The position numbers and the translations under genes are program-made. Shown piece by piece: positions 12,115-26,305 of a stretch of DNA of 64,000 bases (positions are counted from its first letter, which is position 1; every line of letters starts with the position of its first letter). The notes under the pieces are model-generated. The model saw only the letters and a list, made by a program, of their open reading frames with translations, was not told where the DNA came from and ran no database searches. Origin of the DNA: Macrostomum lignano (taxonomy: Eukaryota); NCBI GenBank assembly GCA_002269645.1, contig NIVC01002002.1:62001-126000 (forward strand). Direction: 5' to 3'.

Positions 12115-13050
12115 CCTAAAATTCACATCCCTAAACTTCACACCCCAAACTTCACACCCCAAACTTCACAAACCCAAACTTCACATCCCCAACCTTCACA
12201 TCCCCGAACTTCACATCCCCGAACTTCATGCCACAAACTTCACATCCTCAAACTTCACACCTCCAAACTTCACATCCCCGAACTTCACATCCCCCAAACT
12301 TCACAAACCCAAACTTCACATCCCAAACCTTCACATCCCCGAACTTCACATCCCCAACCTTCACATCCCCGAACTTCATACCACAAACTTCACATCCTCA
12401 AAATTCACACCTCCAAACTTCACATCCCCGAACTTCACATCCCCCAAACTTCACAAACCCAAACTTCACATCCCCAACCTTCACATCCCCGAACTTCACA
12501 TCCCCGAACTTCATGCCACAAACTTCACATACTCCAACTTCACACCTCCAAACTTCACATCCCCGAACTTCACATCCCCCAAACTTCACAAACCCAAACT
12601 TCACATCCCCAACCTTCACATCCCCGAACTTCACATCCCCAACCTTCACATCCCCGAACTTCATGCCACAAACTTCACATCCTCAAACTTCACACCTCCA
12701 AACTTCACATCCCCGAACTTCACATCCCCCAAACTTCACAAACCCAAACTTCACATCCCCAACCTTCACATCCCCAACCTTCACATCCCCGAACTTCACA
12801 TCCCCGAACTTCACATCCCCCAAACTTCACATCCCCGAACTTCACATACTCAAACTTCAAATCTCCAAACTTCACACCCCCAAACTTCACACCCCAAACT
12901 TCACATCCTCAAACTTCACATCTTCAAACTTCACATCCCCAAATTCACATCTTCAAACTTCACACCTCCAAACTTCACACCTCCAAACTTCACATCCCCA
13001 AATTTCACATCCCTAAACTTCCAAATCCCAAACTTCACACCCCAAGCTTT
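12115..13050. repeat. 15-bp minisatellite with higher-order blocks
   Basis: Unit AACTTCACATCCCCG/A. Confidence 0.93.
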
Positions 13051-13549
13051 GCACCCCAACTGCCCCGATTTCACAACCCCAACTGCTATTTCATATTGTG
13101 AAATGTGAAATTCAGAACAGCAGAGTGAGGCCGTGTCTTGATAAGTCTTCATTTAAAAGCGTGAGAAAACTTCTTAGCAAGACGCGAGTGAGACTGAGTA
13201 TATCTATGAATTGAAGAACAACTATGAAGCACAGAATCCCGACAGCACAGAATCCCTACGCGGAAAGCTTCTTATAGAGCCTCTCAACTTAAGCTGCTCG
13301 ACACGCTTTCAATCCCACTCTCCCACTGCCGTCCGACGCCCAGAAGCAAGACGTGGAGTGACAACTCACCCCCCCTCAACTCAGCATTTTCAGACAACCG
13401 TAGGTTTACTGTAGTTCAGTTTTGCACTCAAAAGAAAGGCAACTTAGGCGGCTTTCTTCAATTGTAGCTCCTGTTGCTAAATTTACCATAAATTTGGTTC
13501 AATTGAGCAGCTTTTTTTATAAACTTGGTCTTAATTCAAACGGCAAAAT

Positions 13550-15055
13550 ATGGATTGCTAATCTATTCTATTTGGATTGCTAATCTATTCTATATGGATT
13601 GCTAATCTATTCTATATGGATTGCTAATCTATTCTATATGGATTTCTAAACTAGTCTATATGGATTGCTAATCTAGTCTATATGGATTGCTAATCTATTC
13701 TATATGGATTGCTAATCTATTCTATATGGATTGCTAATCTGTTCTATATGGATTGCTAATCTATTCTATATGGATTGCTAATCTATTCTATGTGGATTGC
13801 TAATCTATTCTATATGGATTGCTAATCTATTCTATATGGATTGCTAATCCATTCTATATGGATTGCTAATCTATTCTATATGGATTGCTAATCTATTCTA
13901 TATGGATTGCTAATCCATTCTATATGGATTGCTAATCTATTCTATATGGATTGCTAATCTATTCTATATGGATTGCTAATCTATTCTATATGGATTGCTA
14001 ATCTATTCTATATAGATTGTTAATCTATTCTATATGGATTGCTAATCTATTCTATATGGATTGCTAATCTATTCTATATGGATTGCTAATCTATTCTATA
14101 TGGATTGCTAATCTATTCTATATGGATTGCTAATCTATTCTATATGGATTGCTAATCTATTCTATATGGATTGCTAATCTATTCTATATGGATTGCTAAT
14201 CTATTCTATATGGATTGCTAATCTATTCTATATGGATTGCTAATCTATTCTATATGGATTGCTAATCTATTCTATATGGATTGCTAATCTATTCTATATG
14301 GATTACTAATCTATTCTATATGGATTACTAATCTATTCTATATGGATTGCTAATCTATTCTATATGGATTGCTAATCTATTCTATATGGATTGCTAATCT
14401 ATTCTATATGGATTTCTAAACTAGTCTATATGGATTGCTAATCTAGTCTATATGGATTGCTAATCTATTCTATATGGATTGCTAATCTATTCTATATGGA
14501 TTGCTAATCTGTTCTATATGGATTGCTAATCTATTCTATATGGATTGCTAATCTATTCTATGTGGATTGCTAATCTATTCTATATGGATTGCTAATCTAT
14601 TCTATATGGATTGCTAATCTATTCTATATGGATTGCTAATCTATTCTATATGGATTGCTAATCTATTCTATATGGATTGCTAATCTATTCTATATGGATT
14701 GCTAATCTATTCTATATGGATTGCTAATCTATTCTATATGGATTGCTAATCTATTCTATATGGATTGCTAATCTATTCTATATAGATTGCTAATCTATTC
14801 TATATGGATTGCTAATCTATTCTATATGGATTGCTAATCTATTCTATATGGATTGCTAATCTATTCTATATGGATTGCTAATCTATTCTATATGGATTGC
14901 TAATCTATTCTATATGGATTGCTAATCTATTCTATATGGATTGCTAATCTATTCTATATGGATTGCTAATCGATTCTATATGGATTGCTAATCGATTCTA
15001 TATGGATTGCTAATCTATTCTATATGGATTGCTAATTTAGTCTATGGATTTGTAA
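13550..15055. repeat. 22-bp satellite, GATTGCTAATC-core family
   Basis: Unit ATGGATTGCTAATCTATTCTAT. Confidence 0.96.
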
Positions 15056-15684
15056 TCTGGCTTATGCTTGAATAATTTTTCCGTATTTTTTTCAGTTTTG
15101 TGCTTTGATTTATTTTTATTTGTAGTTGTTTGTAGGTTTTGTTTATTTGTAGTTTATTTGTTTTTTGTCTATTTCTAGTTCTTTGTTTATTGAAGGCTTT
15201 TATTAATTTGTAGCTTTTTTTCTATTTTTAGTTTCTTGTTTACTTGTATACGTAGGACTCTTTTTATTAGTAGTTTGTTTATTTGTAGCCTTTTGTGCGC
15301 GAAACTGAAAATGGCTGGTGAGTTGTCGATGAGTTGCTGCTCCAGTTCTGGATCTTGCTACAGCTCCAGTTTAACAAAGGATGCCGCTAAAATTCTTCAA
15401 AAAATTCTAAAAAGATGCTGGACCTTGCCCCAGTCTCGCTCCGCTCTGATTTATGCACCCTCATGCCGGTTTTTCCAACTGCTGGCCCTGGAAATCGCTT
15501 TTGCCGCTTTCAAGCTTCCTTCCCATTGGAAACAAAACTGTTCGGGTACAGTACAAGGTCATTGAGATTTATGATTTACAGAGAGCTTCTTGTCCGAGTT
15601 GAGGGGACAAGCGGGTGTTAACGCGTGCTTTTCTGATAGGTAACTGTGTTGCATCCGCCTGGAAAGTAAAATCCTTTACTAACC

Positions 15685-16745
15685 TAGTCTATAGATTGCT
15701 ACCGGTAATCTAGTCTATAGATTGCTACCGGTAATCTAGTCTATAAATTGCTACCGGTAATCTAGTCTATAGATTGCTACCGGTAATCTAGTCTATAAAT
15801 TGCTACCGGTAATCTAGTCTATAGATTGCTACATGGTAATCTAGTCTATAGATAGCTAATCTAGTCTATAGATAGCTAATCTAGTCTATAGATAGCTAAT
15901 CTAGTCTATAGATAGCTAATCTAGTCTATTGATTGCTAATCTAGTTTATGGATAGCTAATCTAGTCTATGGATTGCTAATCTAGTCTATGGATTGCTAAT
16001 CTAGTTTATGGATAGCTAATCTAGTCTATGGATTCCTAATCTAGTCTATGGGTTGATAATATAGTCTATGGATTGCTAATCTAGTCTATAGATAGCTAAT
16101 CTAGTCTATAGATAGCTAATCTAGTCTATAGATAGCTAATCTAGTCTATTGATTGCTAATCTAGTTTATGGATAGCTAATCTAGTCTATGGATTGCTAAT
16201 CTAGTCTATGGATTGCTAATCTAGTTTATGGATAGCTAATCTAGTCTATGGATTCCTAATCTAGTCTATGGGTTGATAATATAGTCTATGGATTGCTAAT
16301 CTAGTTTATGGATAGCTAATCTAGTCTATGGATTCCTAATCTAGTCTATGGGTTGATAATATAGTGTATGGATTGCTAATCTAGTCAATGGATTGTTAAT
16401 CTATTCAATGGATAGCTAATCTAGTCAATGGATTGTTAATCTATTCAATGGATTGCTAATCTATTCTATGGATTGCTAATCTAGTCAATGGATTGTTAAT
16501 CTATTCAATGGATAGCTAATCTAGTCAATGGATTGTTAATCTATTCAATGGATTGCTAATCTATTCTATGGTTTGCTAATCTAGTCAATGGATTGTTAAT
16601 CTATTCAATGGATAGCTAATCTAGTCAATGGATTGTTAATCTATTCAATGTATTGCTAATCTATTCTATGGATTGCTAATCTAGTCAATGGATTGTTAAT
16701 CTATTCAATGGATTGCTAATCTATTCTATGGATTGCTAATCTAGC
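15685..16745. repeat. 26-bp then 20-bp satellite, GATTGCTAATC-core family
   Basis: CTAGTCTATAGATTGCTACCGGTAAT, then GATTGCTAATCTAGTCTATG and variants. Confidence 0.93.
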
Positions 16746-17819
16746 TAACAGGATACGACAGAACAAAATCAACCGGTGACCTACTGAACTCAGAACTACG
16801 ACAGAATACGACAGAACTCAGAGGCGAAGTCGCTGCAGACACCAAACAGCAGATCAATGCAAAACTGGGAGAAGGCATCGATCTCAGCTCAGTTGTAAAT
16901 CCCCCAGCGATGTAGCAACGACTCAGATTGCACCGTTGCAAAATTTCGCCGCTCTAAATTCTCCTAGCAAAGTCACTTATTCTGTGAGGCACTCGATAAG
17001 CATGGATTGGGACAGCCCCAATCCCACTGCTAATTGCTGCACCGACCTGCCGAGTTCGAAGGGGGATTAACCCATAGGAAGCGAGTCAGTAACCAGCGAG
17101 CACTTTTCAACTGCTCTCAACTGCCCGGCCCTCCTCTGGTGTCAGTTGGACAGAAGCTGGCGGCGGAAACAGTTTAGCTGGGAGAGTCCGAAAAAAGGCG
17201 AACTGCTCATGGGTCCGCAGCGGCCGCGAGAGAGATCCTCCGCCGCTCATTTCCTGCCTTCCTCACCAGCTGAACTCGTCCATAGCGCGGATAGATGGGG
17301 ATATTTAGACGGGGGAAAATGTTCCCCGAAAAAAAAGTTCCGCAGCAGCGGCGACTGTCTACTTGTCCCCTCGGGCCACGCAGCTGCCGCAGCCCTGTGC
17401 CGCCACCGGCCCGCCAGACTACCAACTAGTGCTCTTCTTCCCGGGACATTAACTCGCAGATGACTGATCGAGGGCGGGGAACGGCACAGAGAGGGCGGCG
17501 AGAAGAACCAAAAGAAGAAGAAGAAGAAGAAGCGGTGGGTAGAAAAATTAATGGTGCAAAAGAAGCCCGCCGAGACACGGGATTAGGGGTAGACTGAGCA
17601 ACAGAGAACCTTGCTGAAGACAAAGGATAGAAAGAAGCGCTGATAGAAAAGTGAGTCCGAGTGAGATGGAGATGGAGACTGGGATAGAGAAACTGGGGGT
17701 GAGAGAGACAGCGAGATGGTGTTAGAGGAATAAAATTTAATAGGGAGAGACAGGGTGAGAGAGTGGGTAAGATGGGATGAATAAGAGGGAGTCAGAGTGA
17801 GAAAAAGGAAATATGATAC

Positions 17820-18895
17820 AAGAGAGAGTCGGGGAGAGAGTCAGCGTGAGAGTCAGGGTGAGAGTCAGGGTGAGAGTCAGGGTGAGAGTCAGGGTGAGAG
17901 TCAGAGTGAGAGTCAGGGTGAGAGTCAGGGGAGAGTCAGGGTGAGAGTCAGGATGAAATAAAGACGGGAGGAGCCAGTGAGAGAGTCAGGGAGAGAATCA
18001 GGGAGAGAGTCAGGAAGAGAGTCAGGGAGAGAGTCAGGGAGAGAGTCAGGAAGAGAGTCAGGGAGAGAGTCAGGGAGAGATTCAGGGAGAGAGTCAGGGA
18101 GAGAGTCAGGGAGAGAGTCAGGGAGAGAGTCAGGGAGAGAGTCAGGGAGATAGTCAGGGAGAGTCAGGGAGAGAGAGTCAGGATGAAAGAGAGACGTGAG
18201 GAGACAGGGAGAGAGTCAGGGAGAGAGTCAGGGAGAGAGTCAGGAAGAGAGTCAGGGAGAGAGTCAGGGAGAGAGTCAGGGAGATAGTCAGGGAGAGTCA
18301 GGGAGAGAGAGTCAGGATGAAAGAGAGACGTGAGGAGACAGGGAGAGAGTCAGGGAGAGAGTCAGGAAGAGAGTCAGGGAGAGAGTCAGGGAGAGAGTCA
18401 GGGAGAGAGTCAGGGAGAGAGTCAGGGAGAGAGTCAGGGAGAGAGTCAGGGAGAGAGTCAGGGAGAGAGTCAGGGAGAGAGTCAGGGAGAGAGTCAGGGA
18501 GAGAGTCAGGGAGAGAGTCAGGAAGAGAGTCAGGAAGAGAGTAAGGAAGAGAGTCAGGGAGAGAGTCAGGGAGAGAGTCAGGGAGAGAGTCAGGGAGAGA
18601 GTCAGGGAGAGAGAGTCAGGGAGAGAGTCAGGGAGAGAGTCAGGGAGAGAGTCAGGGAGAGAGAGTCAGGGAGAGAGTCAGGGAGAGAGTCAGGGAGAGA
18701 GTCAGGGAGAGAGTCAGGGAGAGAGTCAGGGAGAGAGTCAGGGAGAGAGTCAGGGAGAGAGTCAGGAAGAGAGTCAGGAAGAGAGTCAGGGAGAGAGTCA
18801 GGAAGAGAGTCAGGAAGAGAGTCAGGGAGAGAGTCAGGGAGAGAGTCAGGGAGAGACGGGAGGAGACAGGTAGAGAGTCAGGGCCAGGGTCAGGG
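17820..18895. repeat. 12-bp purine-rich repeat
   Basis: (GAGAGTCAGGGA)n. Confidence 0.95.
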
Positions 18896-19584
18896 AGAGA
18901 GATTCAGAAACGTAGAGAAACGTAGAGCAGATCCCTGTGTCCCCACCTTTGCCTTCTTAATTCACAGAAAGAAAAAATAGTTACATTCTAGGCCAAAATC
19001 TTAAAAATTGATCAGGAAATTGAAAGTGACCTGTTTCTAAATAATAAAAAATACGTGTCATCGTATGCAGCCTCCAGCTTATGCTCAACTAAGGATTACT
19101 TGTGCGAAGCTCTACATGAGGCTATATATAGGGATAAACCATATTTCTGCCTTCCTCTGCCTGAGAAAACCTGCCGATCCCAGATCTTGGCTGGTAGGCG
19201 GGGGTGTCGGATGCGTGGGGCATTTATTATGCAAAGTATGCGAACAGGAATGAAAGTGATTTATCTTCATGTGCTCGGGCGGTGCTCGGGCGGTTCGATG
19301 CCATCAAGAAATAAATAAATAGATAAATAAAATAGATAAGCCCCCCATTGGAGCACGAGTGATGATGCGGTTAAGCCGCGCAGCGCTAGTGTAAGCGTGT
19401 TCTCTGCATGCGATGCTGACTAACTATGGCTATTGTTATGAACTATTAGAGTGACAGCTCTGGGATGGAGGGCTGCAGAATCTGCCTGAAATCCTCCATC
19501 ATTCAGTCTGCAGGAGGCTGGGTGAGAGAGCGCAGATTTTTTAGAGTGAGTGCTGCTTGATGGAGAGTGAAAGGAACAGGAAGA

Positions 19585-20090
19585 GGCAGAGGGTGAGAGA
19601 CAGAGGGTGAGAGACAGAGGGTGAGAGACAGAGGGTGAGAGACAGAGGGTGAGAGACAGAGGTGAGAGACAGAGGGTGGACAGAGACAGAGAGTGACAGA
19701 GGCAGAGGGTAACAGAGGCAGAGGGAGACAGAGGGTGAGAGACAGAAGGTGACAGAGACAGAGGGTAAGAGCCACAGAGAGTCACAGAGACAGAGGGGGA
19801 CAGAGACAGAGGGTAAGAGAGACAGAAGGTGACAGAGAGAGAGGGTGGGACAGAGGTTGAGGCAGAGTGTTAGGCACAGGGTGAGACGAAAGATGAGACA
19901 GAGGGTGAGGCAGAGAATGAGGCAGAGGATGAGGCAGAGGGTGAGGCAGAGGGTGAGGCAGAGGGTAAGACAGAGGGTGATACAGAGGATGAAGCAGAGG
20001 GTGAGGCAGAGTGGTAGGCAGAGGGTGAGGCAGAGGGTGAGGCAGAGGGTGAGGCAGAGGGTGAGGCAGAGGGTAAGGCAGAGGCTGAAA
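19585..20090. repeat. 12-bp purine-rich repeat
   Basis: GAGACAGAGGGT / GAGGCAGAGGGT. Confidence 0.9.
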
Positions 20091-20960
20091 GACAGTGGGC
20101 TGATTCAAACCCATATAAGCTAACCGGCATGCTAGCCATGAGACCGGAGCAGCGCCAAGAGGGAGCTCACAGCATGAGAGCTGAGCTGCTCCCCGGCTCC
20201 CCTAGCACTCACACACTCGATCAATCAGTCTGGAGGACGGAGCGAGGCTCCTGGGAAAAAGAGAGGATGGCAGAGATTATAGGAAAATAAATGCAGACTT
20301 TACGCAGCCTGATCGGACTTACCTTAACTTAAAGTTAGCGCGGATAAAAGGAGTTGAGATGCGGTTCAGTTGCTATGACTTGTGGATCTGACATTGCTCA
20401 GCGTCTTCCCAGATATTCAATTTGTATCAGCTAGGTGTCTTTCGCTGAGAGGTGTCACCAGAGCTGATGCCCGGCTGTTATTAGCTTTATACTTTGGCTC
20501 GTGCCAATGCGAATCTGCAGTAGGTTTTTTTTTCTCACCCGCAGTTCCTCCGAGCTGAAGATTGAGGACCCGCGCGCCAGGGCTGCGCAAATATTAGCCC
20601 TTGGACATGAGTTCTCCACTTTTCCCCAGCTACCAGGGGTCCCCCTCTCTCTCTCCTGCGTTCCCCTCCCTCCCCTCTCCCGTTGAGCCAACCAGCATGT
20701 GCAGGGGGAGGGCATCCAGCCTCCCCGTCTCTAAGGATTCTAGAAATTCGCAGAGGCATTCGGTGTTCGCATCGATGCGCGGCGCACCGAGATTTGAAAG
20801 CCGGAGGATTTTTTCCGCACGGGCCCGGGGATTCCAACAGCTTGGGCTGGGAGAGGCAGCAGACATGGGTCAGTAACGATGATAGTAATAAAATGAGACT
20901 CTTCGAATCCTCTGCAAATGCCAGCCTTCCAAAACTTTCCGAACTGTTCTTTGTTTGATT

Positions 20961-21965
20961 TTATTGAAGATAGTTAGGAATCTCAAGGTGAGACTCCAGT
21001 GCAGAATCTCATGATGAGACTCCGGTGAAGAATCTCATGGTGAGACTCCAGTGAAGAATCTCATGATGAGACTCCAGTGAAGAATCTCAGGATGATACTC
21101 TAGTGAAGAATCTCAGGGTGAGACTCCAGTAAAGAATCTCAGGGTGAGATTCTAGTGAAAAATCTCAGGGTGAGATTCTAGTGAAGAATCCCAGGGTGAG
21201 ATTCCAATAAAAAATCTCAGGTAAGACTGCAGTGAAAATTCTCAGGATGAGATTCCAATGAAAAAGCTCAGGGTAAGACTCCAGTGAAAATTCTCAGGAT
21301 GAGATTCCAGCGAAATTCCAGTAATGAATCTCAGCGAGAGTCCAGTAATGAATCTCAGTGAGAGTCCAGTAAGGAATCTCAGTGAGAGTCCAGTAAGGAA
21401 TCTCAGCGAGAGTCCTGTAATGAATCTCAGCGAGAGTCCAGTAATGAATCTCAGTGAGAGTCCAGTAAGGAATCTCAGCGAGAGTCCTGTAATGAATCTC
21501 AGCGAGAGTCCAGTAATGAATCTCAGTGAGAGTCCAGTAAGGAATCTCAGTGAGAGTCCAGTAAGGAATCTCAGTGAGAGTCTAGTAATGAATCTCAGCG
21601 AGAGTCCTGTAATGAATCTCAGCGAGAGTCCAGTAAGGAATCTCAGTGAGAGTCCAGTAATGAATCTCAGTGAGAGTCCTGTAAGGAATCTCAGCGAGAG
21701 TCCAGTAATGAATCTCAGTGAGAGTCCTGTAAGGAATCTCAGCGAGAGTCCAGTAATGAATCTCAGTGAGAGTCCTGTAAGGAATCTCAGCGAGAGTCCA
21801 GTAATGAATCTCAGCGAGAGTCCTGTAAGGAATCTCAGCGAGATTCCAGTAAGGAATCTCAGCGAGAGTTTAGTAAGGAATCTCAGCGAGATTCCAGTAA
21901 GGAATCTCAGCGAGAGTTTAGTAAGGAATCTCAGCGAGATTCCAGTAAGGAATCTCAGTGAGAAT
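20961..21965. repeat. 26-bp then 24-bp minisatellite (left arm of an inverted array pair)
   Basis: TCTCAGGGTGAGATTCTAGTGAAGAA-type units, then GTAATGAATCTCAGCGAGAGTCCA. Confidence 0.9.
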
Positions 21966-22499
21966 TAACATTGATTTGCCAAGCCACTCCCCCAACTTGA
22001 AGTGTCCGCAGCTGCCTGAAGTGCAGCAGAGCTCAGCAGTGATAAATCATGAGGAGCATCGACCAGCCACAATCAATATTCCACAGTGCGGCTGGTGAGC
22101 AAGCGCGGCTCCGACATCTGTGCTGCAGTCGTCCGTCTACTCAAGCCCCAGTCTCCAGCCCCGATTCTCATTAAAAGTCAATAGAGAAGCCACTCTCCAC
22201 TGGCAGGATCCTCCGCCACAAACTCCTTCACCCACTGCCCCTGCCTCTCATTCTTCTCAACTCAGTTGCCAAGGCAACCGCCAGGGATTTCTGCTGCTGC
22301 TCAGTCCAGCGTCTCCGAAACCCACACGCATTCCTACGAGGGGCTGAACGGGAGCAGCGGGGGGTTGAAGCAGCAACTGGAAGCGCCTGCTGGCCTGACA
22401 TTGAAAGGAAATTCCTTTTAAAACGCTGCTAATTGTTATTGAGGGCCTTGATATTTGCACAGTTTTAAAGCACTGCCGGTCTTGAGGTATATCTATATT

Positions 22500-23331
22500 T
22501 TGAGATTCTTCACTAGCATCTCACCCTGAGATTCTTCTTTAACATCTCACCCTGAGATTCTTCACTAACATCTCACCCTGAGATTCTTCACTAACATCTC
22601 ACCCGGAGACTCTTCTTCACTAAAATCTCACCCTGAGACTCTTCACTAACATCTCACCCTGAGACTCTTCACTAACATCTCACCCTGAGATTCTTCACTA
22701 ACATCTCACCCGGAGACTCTTCTTCACTAACATCTCACCCTGAGATTCTTCACTAACATCTCACCCTGGAGATTCTTCTTCACTAAAATCTCACCCTGAG
22801 ACTCTTCACTAAAATCTCACCCTGAGACTCTTCACTAACATCTCACCCTGAGACTCTTCTTCACTAAAATCTCACCCTGAGATTCTTCACTAACATCTCA
22901 CCCGGAGATTCTTCACTAACATCTCACCCGGAGACTCTTCTTCACTAAAATCTCACCCTGAGACTCTTCACTAACATCTCACCCTGAGACTCTTCACTAA
23001 CATCTCACCCTGAGATTCTTCACTAACATCTCACCCGGAGACTCTTCTTCACTAACATCTCACCCTGAGATTCTTCACTAACATCTCACCCTGGAGATTC
23101 TTCTTCACTAAAATCTCACCCTGAGACTCTTCACTAAAATCTCACCCTGAGACTCTTCACTAACATCTCACCCTGAGACTCTTCTTCACTAAAATCTCAC
23201 CCTGAGATTCTTCACTAACATCTCACCCTGAGATTCTTCACTAACATCTCACCCCGGAGACTCTTCTTCACTAAAATCTCACCCTGAGACTCTTCACTAA
23301 CATCTCACCCTGAGATGAGATTCTTCAATAA
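22500..23331. repeat. 26-29-bp minisatellite (right arm, inverted relative to 20961-21320)
   Basis: Unit TTCTTCACTAACATCTCACCCTGAGA; its reverse complement matches the left-arm unit at about 24/26 positions. Confidence 0.92.
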
Positions 23332-24769
23332 CATCTAAAAGGATAAGGCAAAGTACAAGGACAAATTCTAATCATTAATATTGAAACCAGCCAATAGACA
23401 ATCGCTATACTATGGAAGCCCACGGTCTTATAGCCGGGTTTCAATCCCAGAAGGTCATTGCCATACCCATAACTTTAGGGAGAAAAAATAGTCTACAGTT
23501 TTTTTTCATCTACTCTCTCACCCGCTCGGCATAAGGTAATTAGTTAAATTGAACTGATAAGATCGGGAGGCCGTTTTAATTAGTGCGCTGTGGTACCTGG
23601 AGGTACAAGAAATCAGTGGAGCAGAAGACTGGAGGTGGTTCTAGGCCAGGTCGTGTCAAATATATACCATGGAAGTTCAGGATAGCTGGCTTGCAAGTGC
23701 AAGTGGGACATTCGCTACTTGAGTCAACAAGAGGTCTCATATTGCCTGTCTGCTGCTTTTGCTGCTAAAGATGCTACATCATTTAAATATACAGAAATCG
23801 GCTCAAATAAATGTATAGATAGTTCTCCATAATATCAAATGCAGATATGATATGTGAATTTTCGATGGGTTGAGAAATTCCATCCAGGAATAGTTCCAGG
23901 AATAGTTAAACCGCTTAAGCCCTGGGATGGCCCAACGATCTCCCAGACTCGAGCCTAAAGTGCATTTTCATGTCTATTTGAGCTGCTTCGTAGTAATTGA
24001 TTTGTTCAGACGGAAATGCGCACCCTGCCCTGGCTCCCAATTCTAACAGCAAGGCTGAAGCATAGAGACAACCCGAAGGTCAGTGCAGATTGATTGGAAA
24101 TTGTATTTTTTCAGTTTTTAGCCTCTCCCAGGGTAGAAATCATGTAGAAATGTAGCCAGAAAACTTGATTGTCTTTTAACCAGAGAGCAGAGCCTTGACC
24201 TGCGAGCTGCCCCAAGGAGTTCTATAATTAGCATCTCGTTTCCACTCCAGATGCTAACTATAGAACTCCTTGAAGCTGGTCCACACTATTTTTGTCTATA
24301 GCCGAGTGTAGTGACTGCTGCTCTAGAGAATGGAGAACAAAAGCAGTACTTATGTACGTACAAGTATTGTTAGTGAGACGTTAGTATAGTATTTTTGGAA
24401 CTCCATAACTTACGGCAACTGTCTGTTCAATCGATTGGCTTGAATTCTACTCAATCTCAATCTCTCTCTCAGCGTAAATCTAATTGGACTGGAAAGAAAC
24501 TCAAGGACTAGGGAGAAATCGAGAGACTTTACTGATCTTCTCTCTATCTAAAACTCTGTCTTTCTCAGTTTCTCCCCCTCTCTGTCTCTGATTCTCTTGG
24601 CGATGGGCAAACACTGGACTCCACTTGATCAGTTCAGTTGTGCCTGAGCCGCAGTTGGGGCTTCAGCTCGGGCCTGACTGTGCATGAAATTGGAGTATCA
24701 AGCTGGAGGGATACAAGGCCAATCAGTGCGGGAATTGTTCTGTAGTTTCTTTTTCTGGTGCTCCCTGGC

Positions 24770-25640
24770 TTACAGTGTCCTTGTGTTCTATCAGGTGTGT
24801 CCTTGTGTCCTATCAGGTGTGTCCGAATGTCCTGTCTGGTGTGTCCGAGTGTCCTATCAGGTGTGTCCTTGTGTCCTATCAGGTGTGTCCTTGTGTCCTA
24901 TCAGGTGTGTCCGAATGTCCTGTCTGGTGTGTCCTTGTGTCCTATCAGGTGTGTCCTTGTGTTCTATCAGGTGTGTCCTTGTGTCCTATCAGGTGTGTCC
25001 GAATGTCCTGTCTGGTGTGTCCTTGTGTCCTATCAGGTGTGTCCTTGTGTTCTATCAGGTGTGTCCTTGTGTCCTATCAGGTGTGTCCGAATGTCCTGTC
25101 TGGTGTGTCCTTGTGTCCTATCAGGTGTGTCCTTGTGTCCTATCAGGTGTGTCCTTGTGTCCTGTCTGGTGTGTCCTTGTGTCCTATCAGGTGTGTCCTT
25201 GTGTCCTATCAGGTGTGTCCTTGTGTCCTATCAGGTGTGTCCTTGTGTCCTATCAGGTGTGTCCGAATGTCCTGCCTGGTGTGTCCTTGTGTCCTTCCAG
25301 GTGTGTTCTTGTGTCCTATCAAGTGTGTCCGAATGTCCTGTTTGGTGTGTCCTTGTGTCCTTCCAGGTGTGTCCGGGTTTGTTGTCCGTGTGTCCTTGTG
25401 TCCTATCAGGTGTGTTCTTGTGTTCTATCAGGTATGTCCTTGTGTTCTATCAGGTGTGTCCTTGTGTTCTATCAGGTGTGTCCTTGTATCCTATCAGGTG
25501 TGTCCGGGTTCGTTGTCTGGTATGTCCTTGTGTCCTATCAGGTGTGTCCTTGTGTTCTATCAGGTGTGTCCGGGTGTCCTGTCTGGTGTTTTCTGTCTGG
25601 TGTATCTATTGAAGGTGTCCGTATGTCATACACATGTATT
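24770..25640. repeat. 22-bp minisatellite
   Basis: Unit GTGTCCTTGTGTCCTATCAGGT. Confidence 0.93.
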
Positions 25641-26305
25641 GGATGTGTCCGGGTGTCCAATTGGATGCGCTTTCTTGTCGCATATTGATAGATTGAATTT
25701 GACTAGTATTTGAATAATTTGTTTTTAATTATTCAAATTAATTTTTTTAATATTTTTAATGTTTTTAAACAAAAACTGCTTAAATTTGGGCACAACAACA
25801 CAGAGGGAAATATTTAATGTTACCTGGAAGATAAGCAATGCTATTTGATGTGAATGGTGTGTAGGCTCGCTCTTGTTCCACTACTTATAGTAGCTGTTAT
25901 GGAATAGAGCATCCGACAGGAGTTATTCCTCAGGTTCTTTATTTCTAATGCAGAATAGGAGTTTCCATGCAAAAATGATGCATTAAATGATTGAGAAAAT
26001 GGGAGAGCAAAGGGGGGAACGGAATGATGGCGAGGGGAGGCTTGGTATGCTGCTCGCTAATGATCCCGCTTCGGGGTAGGTCGGGAGGCGGCCCCGAATG
26101 AGGCCAGGTGGGCTGGTTAAAGTAACAAAAGAAGAAGCGGAGCGACTCTCCAGTCAAAGAGGCTAGAAGCCCCGCCCAAGCAATTTGCGAGCAGCAAATC
26201 CTGTCTTCTTTTTTAGCCCCGGGCTCCGCTTTGCACAATGATTCGACAATATGATTATTGCACTGCGGCTGACCCGATCTGCCATGTTGCGCATCATAGA
26301 GAGAA

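Noticed and set aside
23583-23768. KTGGG motif reminiscent of Harbinger-associated Myb/SANT proteins
   Set aside because: A short chance-level match with no other conserved residues.
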